DNA of 63,782 bases from Negaprion brevirostris (taxonomy: Eukaryota), in NCBI GenBank assembly GCA_030324005.1, contig JARDVH010000106.1, forward strand, positions 45,552,931-45,616,712, given 5' to 3'. Of this stretch, positions 38,650 to 51,560 are shown in pieces. The translations under genes and the position numbers were made by a program. The notes under the pieces are model-generated. The model searched no databases. It was not told the DNA's origin and was given only the letters and a program-made list of their open reading frames with translations. Position 1 is the first letter of the stretch; each line of letters begins with the position of its first letter.

Positions 38650-39450
38650 GAAGGAAAGGCAGTATATTTCCGAGTGAGTGACTTGCAGACAAACTTCCAG
38701 TTGATGTTCACATGTGTCTGCTGGAGGGAATGAATGTTTGTGGATGGAGCAAAATTCAAATGGGCTGTTTTGTCCTGAATGGTGTCAAGCTTTTTGAGTG
38801 TTGCTGGAGATGCACTCACCAAGGCAATTGAAGAGTATTCCATTACACTCCTGACTTACGTCCTGTAGATGGTGGACAGCCTTTGGGTAGTTGTGAAGTG
38901 AATTATATGCCACACCATTCCAAGCATCCGAACTGCAATTGTAGCCACAGCATTTATGTGGCAAGTCTAGTTCAGTTTCTGGTCAATGGCAACCCCCAGG
39001 ATGTTGATGGTGGTGAATTCAGCAATAGTTATGCCAATGAAAGTCATTCTTCCTTGTCGGAGATGATTATGACCTGATACTTGTACGGTGTAAATGCTAT
39101 TTCTCAGACTAAGTCTGTATATTATCCAGGTCTTTCTGCATTTGGACATGGGTTGCTTCAGTATCTCTGAGTCACTGTGAATGGTGCTGAACATGGTGCA
39201 ATCATCAGTGAATATGCCCATTTCTTGTGACAGAAGGAAGGTCCTTGCTAAAGCAACTCAAGATAGTAGGGTCTAGGACAGTACGCTGAGGAACTCCTGC
39301 AGTGACATCCTGGGACTGAGATGACTGACCTCCAACCAATGGATGAGTTCCCCCGATTCCAATTAAACCTGTTTTGTTATGGCTACTTGATGCCACACTC
39401 AATCAAATGCTGCTTTGATATCAAGGACAGTTGTTCTCACCTCATCTCAA
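38650..39450 (-). mobile_element. CR1-group LINE RT fragment
   Basis: ORF track gives GGQSSQSQDVTAGVPQRTVLDPTILSCFSKDLP, GIFTDDCTMF and MEYSSIALVSASPATLKKLDTIQDK. Confidence 0.9.
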
Positions 39451-41448
39451 AACATTCATGTCTTAATTTTAAATAATTATGACTTCCAAATAGAAAAAAA
39501 ACAATCACACATTATTGAAGAACTAATTGATGACCCGTAGAAAATATTCAACTTGAAAAATAGCCNNNNNNNNNNNNNNNNNNNTATGTTCAAGATTTCT
39601 ACACATTACCACTGTACCAACATGCTAAATTTAATTATGATTGTTTATTTAATGAACAAAAAGTATCTTACCTCAATGACAAACTTCATTCTGAGGATTT
39701 TGATTACAATAAACTAAGTCAGTCATGCTATTTGAAGTACATTTTAGGAAAGGGTATTTCAAAGAAGATGCTTTGCAACAAGGGTCAGGATTGTTAGAGG
39801 CCTTCATCCTTCAGCATACAATTGTAAAAGGAATCATTATTTCAGGAGGGGATACTTTCACCATAAGACAGAAATTGGTTCTATCTGGTTTTTCTTGCTG
39901 ACTGCAGAAATTTGTAACCTCGTGTCTTAAGAGCCACAAACCACTCATGTGCTAATAGTGACACTTTCAACAGTATGAAACAGTCTCATGGACTACCATT
40001 CTTTCAAGCTTTTACCTTCAGTCAGAAATGTTTAACTGTTTTCATGCTCTACACAACATAACTGTATTGAAAGTTTCCATTCCTGACAAGGTCAGGATTG
40101 GCATCGAAGAAAAGAAAATAAGCCAATTCTGACCATGACAGTGGTCATTGATAGACTTAATGTGTGTATCGGTTGATTGGCTGACTCCTGGCCTTAAGAC
40201 CCAGATTACTTCATGTGAAAGTTGTGAAAGAAACAATTGAAACTGCCACCTTGAGTGCTACTCCCCTCATTGTGCGCAAAATGCCAAGGTCATGCTCGTG
40301 CATTGAACCAGAAAAAGTGGAAAGAAATGAATGAAAGGAAATTTAAAAAAACATGCCCATTGCCTTGTTTTTGTAAAATAAAGTATTTATCATTCCCAGC
40401 TTGAGCTTTTGCAGCTCTTATTCCACTACCAAAATCAAACAGGCAGGACTTATAACAGGACCCGTATTTTGTCCCTTTTTCCCCAAGGTTGGAATCATGA
40501 TGACCTTGAGTTATTTATGGCACTGATGGGGTATTACGGTGACAAGAGGAGAAAGAGAAGGGAGAGAGGAAGGAATGTTCTGCATATGCCAGAGTGATAC
40601 ACTGGAGTACAGAGTGACAGGAATAACAATGTCTTTATTTAAATAAAGTATGGTAAAGTAAAGCATGAAAGAATACTTTAATGAAACAGCTATTTGTATT
40701 TTAACATCCTCACCATGGTTAAGTATGCTGGACACGAGGGAGACAGCACACCAATGGGGAAAGTGTGGTATTTTTGATGGGAAATTTCATCCCATTATAT
40801 CCAATGTGTTGTAATGCATGTTCAGATAGGCACAACAACAACTTTTAATGGAAAATCCCCCATTTTCCCTGCACCTGCTTCTCTCTTCATGCCCAATGTG
40901 TTCCAAAATATACTTCAATCTAACAATGCTGCAGAAACATGCAGACATGTTTTACAAAATTTCTATTATAGAACCATAATTGACAGATTTAATTAATCAA
41001 TCATACATGCATCTAGTACATTTTGTAACATGTTATAAAAGAGCATCGCCAATTCTTTGTTCATCAAAGACAGCTCCTCTTTTGATCTCTCCACCTCCAT
41101 CCCTATCTTTACATCCTACTTTAAAATACCTCTCTCTGTCACACATTATGATGTCTCATTCATTTTTGTCTGATTACACCTCTTTGTGGCAATTTTCTAC
41201 AACAAAGGCTTCATAAAGTTGAAAGTAGTGTTGAAAGGAAATAGCTGATAACTGACAAAGGTACAAAAACATTTTGGGCAAGAGATTTAGGGGGAAATGT
41301 GAAGGAGATTTTTTAAAAACATGCTATGGTAATGACCAGAATCAATGCCTTCATAGGTGGTGGAAGCAGAGATGAGCAACTATTGAAGAATGAAATTTTG
41401 TAGGCACTTGTGGGAAATAAATTGCAAGCCTACGGAGGTACAGCAGAA

Positions 41449-42243
41449 CATAAGTACATAAGAAATAGGAGCAGGAGTAGGCCATCTAGCCCTTCAAGCC
41501 TGCCCCGCCATTCGATAAGATCATGGCTGATCNNNNNNNNNNNNNNNNNNNNNNNNNNNNNNNNNNNNNNNNNNNNNNNNNNNNNNNNNNNNNNNNNNNN
41601 NNNNNNNNNNNNNNNNNNNNNNNNNNNNNNNNNNNNNNNNNNNNNNNNNNNNNNNNNNNNNNNNNNNNNNNNNNNNNNNNNNNNNNNNNNNNNNNNNNNN
41701 NNNNNNNNNNNNNNNNNNNNNNNNNNNNNNNNNNNNNNNNNNNNNNNNNNNNNNNNNNNNNNNNNNNNNNNNNNNNNNNNNNNNNNNNNNNNNNNNNNNN
41801 NNNNNNNNNNNNNNNNNNNNNNNNNNNNNNNNNNNNNNNNNNNNNNNNNNNNNNNNNNNNNNNNNNNNNNNNNNNNNNNNNNNNNNNNNNNNNNNNNNNN
41901 NNNNNNNNNNNNNNNNNNNNNNNNNNNNNNNNNNNNNNNNNNNNNNNNNNNNNNNNNNNNNNNNNNNNNNNNNNNNNNNNNNNNNNNNNNNNNNNNNNNN
42001 NNNNNNNNNNNNNNNNNNNNNNNNNNNNNNNNNNNNNNNNNNNNNNNNNNNNNNNNNNNNNNNNNNNNNNNNNNNNNNNNNNNNNNNNNNNNNNNNNNNN
42101 NNNNNNNNNNNNNNNNNNNNNNNNNNNNNNNNNNNNNNNNNNNNNNNNNNNNNNNNNNNNNNNNNNNNNNNNNNTTTTATATTCCATCCCCCTCGTGATA
42201 AAGGCCAACATTTCATTTGCCTTCTTGATCACCTGCTGCACCT
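41449..42243 (-). mobile_element. Young CR1/HER1 LINE (mostly gap) inserted in an older plus-strand CR1 3' end (41270-42310)
   Basis: QQVIKKANEMLAFITRGMEYK on the minus strand; tail at 41449-41532; flanking gcagaa direct repeat (41443-41448 and 42244-42249). Confidence 0.9.
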
Positions 42244-42427
42244 GCAGAAGAATGGGACTGACTAGTTTGCTCCAAAAAGAGCAATAGACTCATTGGACCT
42301 GACAAAATCCAGCCAACAATTATAGATGCAATAATTTTTTTTGCAAAAGGAAAGCAACGTGCATGTTGTTTTTTTAAATTTACTTTCATCAGAGTCCCAC
42401 AACAGCCTACTGGAAGTGCAAAGCGGC

Positions 42428-43378
42428 ATGGAGAAAGTCTTACCTCCTCCTGAGCCCGTAGGCCTCATGGAAGGCCTCAACCAAGTTGCACACTAGAGAG
42501 AAAATGAGGTTGCTAATTCAATCAATCGTGGCTTCCCGATTGACTTGCTCAAAATGATATGAACAGGTTCATGTTCTTCCTTATGCAATCAGCAACTGCG
42601 TCAGTGACATTTTACAAAGACAGAAGATTGAGTAAGTAACTGTTAAACATGAAGAAGCCATCAAAGCCTTCGATTCCTACTTTAGTCCATGATGCAGTAC
42701 GATCGTAGACTAGGGCCAAACACAGTTTCTGCAGCCAGGAGCTTGAGGGAACATTACAGGTCTTTTTCAAAAAAAAAAACATTGCTTCACAGAAATCTAG
42801 GAAAGTGGGGCACTTAGGGAGAAGTTCATGTAAGGCTGTATCATAGTGGGAGGGAGGTGCAGTATTGTCAGGCTTCTTACAGGGCAAAGATAATTTCACT
42901 GTTTGAATTAAGAGTTAGCCAAGCAGACTGAACTAGGTAAGCAGAACAGACCATTAATCCAGGGTGAAAAGAAGCCTTCTTGAGAACTGACCATCAACTT
43001 GATCCAATTCAAAAACCACAGGCCTTTGCGTGCCAGAGAACAGAGCCACTGTGAGGGCACAGTTAGTGCCATTGTTCCATGTCTGCATTGTGGCAGGAAA
43101 ACTCAGGCCAGCATAAACATTACCCATTCAAGTGCTGCATCTACCACAAAAACTGGACATCGTAAAATAGAATGTCTGACAGCAAGAAACTCCATCTTCA
43201 GGTCAAAAATTTAAAGGGATACCATTCCAATCTGCAAGTGTCCAAGAAATAAATGATACTTAATAACAGGGTGTATTCTTCCTAGGTGAAGAAATAGAGC
43301 TGCAAGCCCTGGCATGGAGATACGATAGTTAATGGCCAGAAGACAAACTTCAACTGGGCACATGATCAGGCATATCAT
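42428..43378 (+). mobile_element. Gypsy-type LTR retrotransposon relic: gag with zinc knuckles and start of aspartic protease
   Basis: With stops and frameshifts: MEKVLPPPEP...EQVHVLPYAISNCVSDIL...EEAIKAFDSYFSP...GALREKF...KQTELGKQNRPLIQG, PCLHCGRK, KTGHRKIEC, FFLGEE..W..IVNGQKTNF and LGT*S (FKLDTGA relic). Confidence 0.8.
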
Positions 43379-44599
43379 TTCTTACTAATTTTTCCAGTCA
43401 TCTACCATTTAAATTAACAGCACAGGAGGTATTCTGCTTAAAATGCAAGCAAAGAAAACTGTTAAATTTCCTCATAATGATATGGAGCTCACAGGTATTC
43501 ATCATTTCTAATCAACATTGTTCTTATTGAGCTGCCACGTTTCTTATAGCTTTGCACTTCTTTATTCCTGAATTGCAGATGAAACTCAAGTTGACTCAAT
43601 GCTGTGTATCAATCCTCATACACAAACTCCATTCCTTTAACCATACTGAGACATTGTGTATATTTTGTTGCTCTTTGAGGAGATGCTGGATGAGCAGGAA
43701 AAACAGGTAAACCAAGGATGAAGGTGACCAGCTGTAAGATGATGTTCTAGATATTAATTTTGCTCTTTCAGGAAAGTGTGGAAGAGGATGATAACCTAAA
43801 TGTAATTAATCAATGAAAGTTTATCCCCAAAGGAGATTCTGTACCTTGCTTTACTTTTTGAAGACCGCACAGATGATGATGGTGCTATCCCAGATACCTC
43901 TGCTGAGGAGGATCAACACTTTATTGACAAAAGCAATAAAGATGCAAACCCATCTGTTCATTCTACCGAAGACACAAACGACATACAATGTCAAACTGAT
44001 ACAGCAATTTTTTTGTCTAAAGAACCAAGACCAGAGGTTTTTAACAGAGATGTTTACCATTGTAGGACAAATCCATCCTATTGCTGAAACTGAAGTTAAA
44101 TCTGGAGATCAAAAATCAACAGAGCGTGCCAACACCATAGGTGTACAAAGTGTAATTTCTCTGCCTTCACATGTTCTTTTTTTTTTCCACTGCTGATGCT
44201 GGTGACAGTTTACATTCTGAACAAATCCCAGAGATCTACTATTTCTCCTCTCTCAAAGTCGACATAAATTGTCTATGTTAATGGTGATTTTGAAAGACGT
44301 GGGGTGGGGAGGCTGTTGCTGCATAGTACTAATGTAGCACACAGCCTCCCCACTAATTATTATGCTAATACCTGTAGTGCACCGTCAGTCATTTCAGATG
44401 ATATCAGGTCATATGTAACTAGAACCTGAGGGATGAAGGTTTTAATGAAATCCTGATAAACTTCTGTCTCTTTAAATAGTCAATGAATGTTCATTAGTTT
44501 GCAATAGAATGGTTTCCAGTATCTGCTGGTGATGGTAATACAACTTATATTATTGATTTGGACTTGAGTCAAAAACATGATTACACATTTTCTAAATTT

Positions 44600-45462
44600 A
44601 AATATGACACCAGCTTGGGGGATATTGAAGAGGATATTAATATTTTGCAAATCAGGAAAATAATTAGCAAATGAAATTCTACACAGATAATTCTAAGATA
44701 GTACATCTTTGTGGGAAGTATAGGGAGATCAATTATTACTCAGAAAGTGCAAGTCCAAATGGGGTAGTAGAATATTAGGATGTTAGAATGTGAACACCTC
44801 AATGACTAAAATTTGTGCTTAGCGAAGATATAACAAGGGCAAACCAAACACCAGACTTTTAAATTCTATCCCTCTCGGTTTAAAGTACAGCAATACTGCT
44901 AAACCAGTATCAAAATTTGGAAGGACCACAATAAAGAGTGTTTTATACAGTTCTGTTCATCATTTATAAAAATATAGAAGCATAGGCGAGGGCACAGAGA
45001 AGCTTTATAATGATGATACTGGAAACATGTGAGTATATGTAGAGGAAACAATGAACAGGCTGCATTGTTTTTCACTTGACAAAAGACTCAGAGTAACCTA
45101 ATAAAATTCTTTTCAAGTTATGGAAGGTTTTGATAGAGTTTATTAATGCGACAACATGTTTCTTTTAGTGAAGAAGGGTGCAACTGGTGGCCATAATCAA
45201 AGATAGTCACCAAGAAATCAGGGGGAATTCAACCTCTCTACTCAAAAAAGTGAACTAAAAATGTGGAATTCACTATCACAATGAGTGGTTGAAGTGAATA
45301 GTAGATGCAATTAAGGGGAAGCCAGACACGTATAGTGGGGAGAAGGGACTCGATGGTCATGATGATAGATTCAAAGAGGAATGATGGGAGGAAGCATATA
45401 AAGGCGACAAGGACTGATTGGGCTAAACTGCCTGCTTATGCTCAACGTATCCTGTGCAATTT
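44600..45462 (+). mobile_element. Highly decayed CR1 LINE
   Basis: LLNQYQNLEGPQ-like relic of LY..LVRP near 44900; CR1-type 3' UTR ending ~45460. Confidence 0.65.
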
Positions 45463-46547
45463 CACATCCTTTAAAAGTAAAAGCCATAATAGATCATACG
45501 CTTTTTCTACTGGATACCATTTAAATAAATGAATGGCTGAACATTTTAAGCAACTTTGTCAATTATAATAAAATTTCAGGATGCTCCACTGTACACATGA
45601 AATAAATGTACAACAACTCTCAAACATTGTCATTTGTCTTCCAATGTCAGAGCAAATCTTTTGAGAGCTAGATTTAATTAACTCTCTTAAGTTTTCTAAG
45701 TCTCATGCAGTCTTTTCCCATCAGAAGGTAAAGCATTGCATAGTGATGTATGGACACTCCACAGATTTCACACTGAGTCATGTATGCAAACTCAATAATT
45801 AAAACATGATCAGCGAAATTGAAAATGGACTTAATCAAAAATGATTTTTTTGTAATTCACTCAACAGATGCTTAAAAGTGCTAGACACTACAGGAGCCAT
45901 TGTTTACTGCACAACAGAAGCTAAGTTCTGAATAAACACGCAAAGAAACCTCCAGCATTTCAGATAGTAGAACACTGAATAGTTTTCACTGCAGAAAGCA
46001 AAGACAGTTATTTCATATTTCATAATAAGTTGTAGCCAACTATCAATATCTATCTGTCGCATAAATAATGCATTGATTATTTGTTTTGTCGCCATGAGAA
46101 TTAGCTGTGTGAGAGTGTCCCTGACCATGGCTACGGCACTCTTGAAATGCTGTAGACCTCAGAAATATATTCTCGTTTTGAAGCAGCACACTGTGCAACT
46201 ACTGTAATCTGCCAGAGTTCGGATGTTTTGGAACATATCCCAGTTGAGAAGATACATTCTCCACATCTCAATCAGGATTCAGCTGCTCAGATATGGTCAC
46301 TCTTCTTCAAATTCTACGAACATTTGAATACACACAATACTCAATTTCAAACAGCCTCTTGAGCATCCTCAAGTGTTTCATGAAAGGATTAAGTTTGTTA
46401 ACTCATACTTTACTATGTACGCAATTATGTATCATTTCACACACTTCTGCTCTCATTCCTTTCTCTCCCCTCCAAAGTCACCAGATTCACTTCATCTGCA
46501 CCTCCTTCTCCACTAGCTTTCATATTCAAATGAATCTTTCACCACCA

Positions 46548-46797
46548 TCTACCACCACCACTTGGAAACTCCCCTCCAAGTCACTTGCCCATCCTGACTT
46601 GGAAATGGAAATATATCACCATTCCTTCATTTTCATTGGGTCGAAATCCTGGAATTATTGCTTTAACAGCACACTGGGTGTATCTATACCTCAGAGACTG
46701 CAGTGATTCAAGAAAGCAGTTCACCATCATTTTTTCTGAAGGGCAGCTAGGGATGGACAATAAATGCTGGCTTAACCAGTGAAGTCGACATCCCTTA
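46548..46797 (+). mobile_element. CR1-group LINE 3' end
   Basis: Reverse complement of the 9345-9600 type sequence; tail gggcagctagggatggacaataaatgctggc. Confidence 0.8.
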
Positions 46798-47097
46798 ATT
46801 TATTAGTGTCAGTGGTAAGCTTACAAGAACACTGCAATGAAGTTACTGTGAAAATCCCCTGATTCCCCATACTCCGGCGCCTGCTCAGGTACACAGAGGA
46901 AGAACTTAGCATAGCCAATGCACCTGGCCAGCACATCTTTCAGACTGTGGGAGGAAACTGGTGCATCCTGAGGAAATCCACACAGACACTGACTGAACGT
47001 GCAGACTCTGCTTAAACAGTGACTCAAGCCAGGAATTGAGCCCAGGTCCCTGGCACTGAGAGGCAGCAGTGGTAACCATTGTGCCACCATGCCGCCA
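46798..47097 (-). mobile_element. HE1/V-SINE-type SINE with alternative 3' tail
   Basis: Standard head and core, but tail ggggattttcacagtaacttcattgcagtg...gacactaataaa as at 63575-63643. Confidence 0.85.
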
Positions 47098-47129
47098 TCC
47101 ATAAAATGAATTTAAAAAACCTCTCGCAC

Positions 47130-47520
47130 AATGCCATTAAACATTGTTCCCTCCTTTCTCAGCATTGTTGAGCTGTTCCCTTTGTGATCCCTTGGTCTTT
47201 TCTCAGTTACATACAATTCCTTTCAATTTAGTATACTGTAGTCACTGCTCACAATGTGGTCTCCTCGACATTGGAGAGCCCATACGTAGATTGGGTGACC
47301 ACTTCTCGGACCACATCAGTTCATGAGTTTCCAGTTGCCTGTCATCTTAATTCTCCGCTTTGCGTCCACTATATCCTTGGCCTCCTGCAGTGTTCCAATG
47401 AAGGTCAACACAAGCTAAACAAAAGCACCTCATCTTTCGACTGGTCACTTCACAGTTTGCTGGATTCAATACTGAATCCAACAATTTTAGATTGTAACTC
47501 TGGTATCCACTTTGTTTTGT
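47130..47520 (+). mobile_element. Penelope-like GIY-YIG endonuclease relic (upstream part probably at ~46420-46530)
   Basis: FNLVYCSHCSQCGLLDIGEPIRRLGDHFSDH...EFPVACHLNSP corresponds to NLVYCI.C..C...YIGET.R.L..RF.EH...PVA.HFN. Confidence 0.85.
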
Positions 47521-47694
47521 TTCTTTGTCTTTTTTAATCTTTCTATTTCCTTTTGGACTCCAGCTATCTAGGATCCTGGCATTCACATCTCCTCCAGATA
47601 CATGGTTGGCTTCTTCACTTGTCCCCTGACCATTCATTTTCACCTTGCAGTATGAAAACTCTTGTCATTTAATCTCTCTTACACTCCACACTAT

Positions 47695-48060
47695 CATCGT
47701 TGTAATGCAGGAAACATGGCAGTATTTTGGCACACTGCAAACTTCCACAACCAACATTGGAGCAATGACCAGATGATGTATTTTTGTGATGTTGAATGAG
47801 GGGTTATTTTTGAGCAGGACATCAGATATAACTCATCTGGCTCTTCCTCAAAATAATGTAATGCTATCTTTTACATCCACCTCAGAAGGCAGACAAGGCC
47901 AAGACTTAACATCTTATCCAACACTTCAAGGTGCAACACAGAGAATGCTGCATTGGAGCACCCAGCTAGATTAGATTATTGTGTTCAAATCCAGGAGTGG
48001 GATCTAAATCCACAACCTTCTGATTTGGAAACAAAAATGCTCCTGAGCCACTGGTGACAC
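47695..48060 (-). mobile_element. Deu-domain SINE (SacSINE1-like)
   Basis: Co-linear with 27300-27612; tRNA-like head reversed at ggagtgggatctaaatccacaaccttctga...ctgagcca. Confidence 0.75.
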
Positions 48061-48102
48061 ATGTTGAAATGTAACATTGACATTTAAATAATAAAAACCT
48101 CT

Positions 48103-48687
48103 GGGGGCGGAATTTTAAGAACTTCCGTCAAGAGGTTTGTCGATGGGGGTTAGCCTTAAAATTTCTCAGATGGCCTTCACACCAGACTTCTGCCTGCTAA
48201 GACCACTCCAAAATTTTAGTGCTGTCCCAGTTCCATCCACAATGTCTGGGCCTCCCCTATCCCAACTGAAGCCCTCAAAAGTAGCCAGTTATTGATCACT
48301 TATGGACAATTCCCCACACAACCTTAAATTTTAGACTTGGCGAGGATCTTAGAGGCTTGGCAGGGGTGTCCAAAATTTAACCATCTCAGGGCATAGGTGG
48401 GAAGCAGTTGTGGAAGGGTGGGGGGTGGTGGTGGTAGTGAGAACACCTCCATCAGCAGCATCCTTTTAACATCAGCTCTGGGGCCTGCTTGCAGTCCTCG
48501 TCCTGTTCAAATTAGATTGGCTGGCGACTCTGAGGTGCGACTTCCTGCCCAGTGAGAGATGGAAGTCCCAGCATAATAGCGCTTATTGGAATATTAAATG
48601 GCCAGAGGGCACGCACATCTGCGGGGACGTATTCTTCGCTGACTCTGAATGGCAGGAAAACCCCAACATCCTAAAAATCCTCAGCCT
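48103..48687. mobile_element. Harbinger-like non-autonomous element
   Basis: Starts ggggcggaattttaag and ends ctaaaaatcctcagcc; GC-rich interior. Confidence 0.45.
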
Positions 48688-50189
48688 AATGTTTTACAAT
48701 ATTTCACTAAAAAGTTCCATTAATGATTTAAAATAATTTTGCTGTANNNNNNNNNNNNNNNNNNNNNNNNNNNNNNNNNNNNNNNNNNNNNNNNNNNNNN
48801 NNNNNNNNNNNNNNNNNNNNNNNNNNNNNNNNNNNNNNNNNNNNNNGCTGTAGGCTCCCAAATATCACAAAATCAATTTTCCTCTGTTCAGCCAATGATC
48901 TGGCATACAAATCCACTGCCATTTTAGTGTTCCCACATCATTCTACTGAGAAATCTACAGGATTTCTATTTGTTCAATAGGGACACACATTTTTTCCCTT
49001 GTAGAAACAGAGAAGTCCCAAGAGCTCAGGTGCAGTTCATTATCAATGTTTTATCACCAGCAAGTGTGAATAAGACTACTGTTTGGCACTTAACCACTTA
49101 AATCATACAATTTTTTTCTCTGTGTCCAGTGAGAATCACCACACCAGATGAATTATTGATTTGTAATATCTGGAGCCAAGAAGAAAGAGTTCTTGCTCCC
49201 AATTGAATTCTTGAAGCAGACATTGGATTAGAGTTTTGAACAAAAACTAATCAGAGTGCCATTTTTCTTGAGAAGAAAAACTTGAAAGTATACATATCTT
49301 TTTCATGGTGTATCTGACACTAGATTAAACTCTCCAGCTGAGTAATTCATTAACTGAATGAGCTATGGTTATAATTCATAGAAAAGTTTTAAAACAAGTT
49401 CCTTACTTGACTAGTTTTGCTGGTTCAAGTGCGCCATGGTTAATAAAGGTAAATTGCCAAATGCAGTGCACATTTTAAAAAATTCTCATCACTGGCTACT
49501 CAAAACCTACTTCCAAAGTCCTTACTAATTAAATAGTTGGTATCTATCAACCTGAAAATCTGTGCTTTCAGAAAATTAACCTTAATATCTGGTGTCAATT
49601 AATAACCTTTATCTTGCATTGCATGAAAACTGACAACATTGTAACATTAATGCTCTGGTCAATCAACGAGTTGGAGAAACAGAGGGCCATTGTTGCTGTC
49701 AGTCACAGAGCTTGTGTTCTAATAGACCCTGTTTATTGTATAGATTGTAAAAACAAATTCAGGGAGGCAGTAATTTCATAATTGAATGCTACTAACCAAA
49801 AGGCTCCTGTCCAGTTGCACCATTCCATATCACTGTGAAAATAGCTGAAATATAATGCATTAATATGCTTTAGATATAATTTTTAATTATCACCGATCAA
49901 CCTCGCCAACACCATAAATTAACTACAAGTTAATAAGTCTCATCTCTTCAGGTTTCAGTTGTTGCTGGAGATTCCATAGTCAAAATTGTTATAACTTTCA
50001 TTACTTTTTGAGTTTTAATCCAGTCTATCCTTCAATCCCTACTTCTTTCAATAACTGATTTGACAATTAATTCATCCACAAACACTTCCCTCTTTTTTTT
50101 CTAAATTTCTAGTCTTTCAAAGTGATTAGTTTTGGAGATACACAGCTGCATTTCCTGTTCACTTGAGGATTAGTGTCTCCTTGAAGTGG

Positions 50190-51560
50190 GAATAGGCCAC
50201 AAACGGTTTTTTTGTAGGACCTACGGTCTTCAACGTAGAGATACAAGTAGCATTTCGGAAATAGCTCTCGGTCAGGAATTGGAAGAAAGGAATACAATCA
50301 ATCAGGGAATTGACACTAAGCAAATTGCTGAAACAGGGTTGACAGGCTCAGGACCTGATGGATTTCATTCTAGAGTCTTGAAAAAAAAGGCTTATGAAAC
50401 AGCTGATGTGTTAGTTTTAATTTTTCAAAATTTACTAAATATGGGGAAGGTTCCGTTAGATCAGAATACAGCCAAATTAACTCCTTTATTCAAGGAATGG
50501 AGACAGAAAGCAGGAAACTTTCGACCAGTTTGCTTAGCATCTAACACAGGGATATCAACATGATATCAATTATACTGCTTCAGTAATAATAAAGGACATC
50601 AACTACTAACAACACGGTGCCAACAAAACATCCTGCAGAGACATATGATTAAAATACATTTCTTAAAGGCAGAGTGGTGTGCCACAGGGCTCAGGCCTCA
50701 ACTCTTGGTAATTTATACAAATGATATGGGGAGAAGGGACCAATGGTTTGGCTGCTAAATTTGGTAATGACAAGATGACAGGTAGGAAAATAAGTTGTAA
50801 AGAGCACATAAAAAGGAAAAATAATACACATCGGCTAGATGTGTGAGCAAAGATCCAGAAAATAGAATATGATGTGAGAAAATGTGAAGATGTCCATTTG
50901 GCAAGACAAAAAAAATCTAAATAGCGAGAGATTGCAGAGTTTTTGTGATACAGACGCATCTGGATGCCCTTGTGCATGAATGGCAAAAGGTTAGTAACCA
51001 GGTGCAGCAAGTAATCAGCAAAGCAAATAGATATTGCTTATTACAAGGGGAATTAAAGACAAGAGTTGGAAGGTTACTCTTCACTTGTGGAGACATAGGT
51101 GAAACCACATTTGAGGTATTGTGTATAGTACTGGTCTCCTTACTTAAGGGATGTAAATGCATTGGAAGCAATTCAAAAGAAAGTTTACTTGAATTGATGG
51201 GTTGTTTAATGAGGAAAGTCTGTTGGAGCTTAGAAGATTAAGAGATGACTTGATTGGAACATACATGTTCCTGAGGGGATCTAACAGGGTGGATATGGAA
51301 GGGCTGTTTCCTCTGGTGGGAGAACCTAGGACTGGGAGCCACTGTTTAAAAAGGGGACAGTCGTATACGACAGAGTTGAAGAAATGTTTTTCTCTTTGCC
51401 GTTTGTGAGCCTTTAGAATTCTCTTCCTCAGAAGGCAATGGAAACAGAAACTTTGAACATTCTTTTAAGCAGAAAAAACAACTTTTTTATATGCAAGGAC
51501 CGAAACGTTATCAGGGAGAGGCAAAAATGTGAAGTTTAAGTTAAAATTAGATCAGCCAAC
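50190..51560 (+). mobile_element. CR1 LINE, internally deleted RT to 3' end
   Basis: SGPDGFHSRVLK...VLIFQNLLNMGKVPLD..AKLTPLFK...AGNFRPVCLAS; GVPQGS; AKFGNDK; LRRLRDDLIGTY. Confidence 0.9.

Noticed and set aside
41410-42287. Longest ORFs in the track (also 26682-27200, 61698-62446, 11050-11605)
   Set aside because: They are artefacts of reading through N runs or microsatellites.
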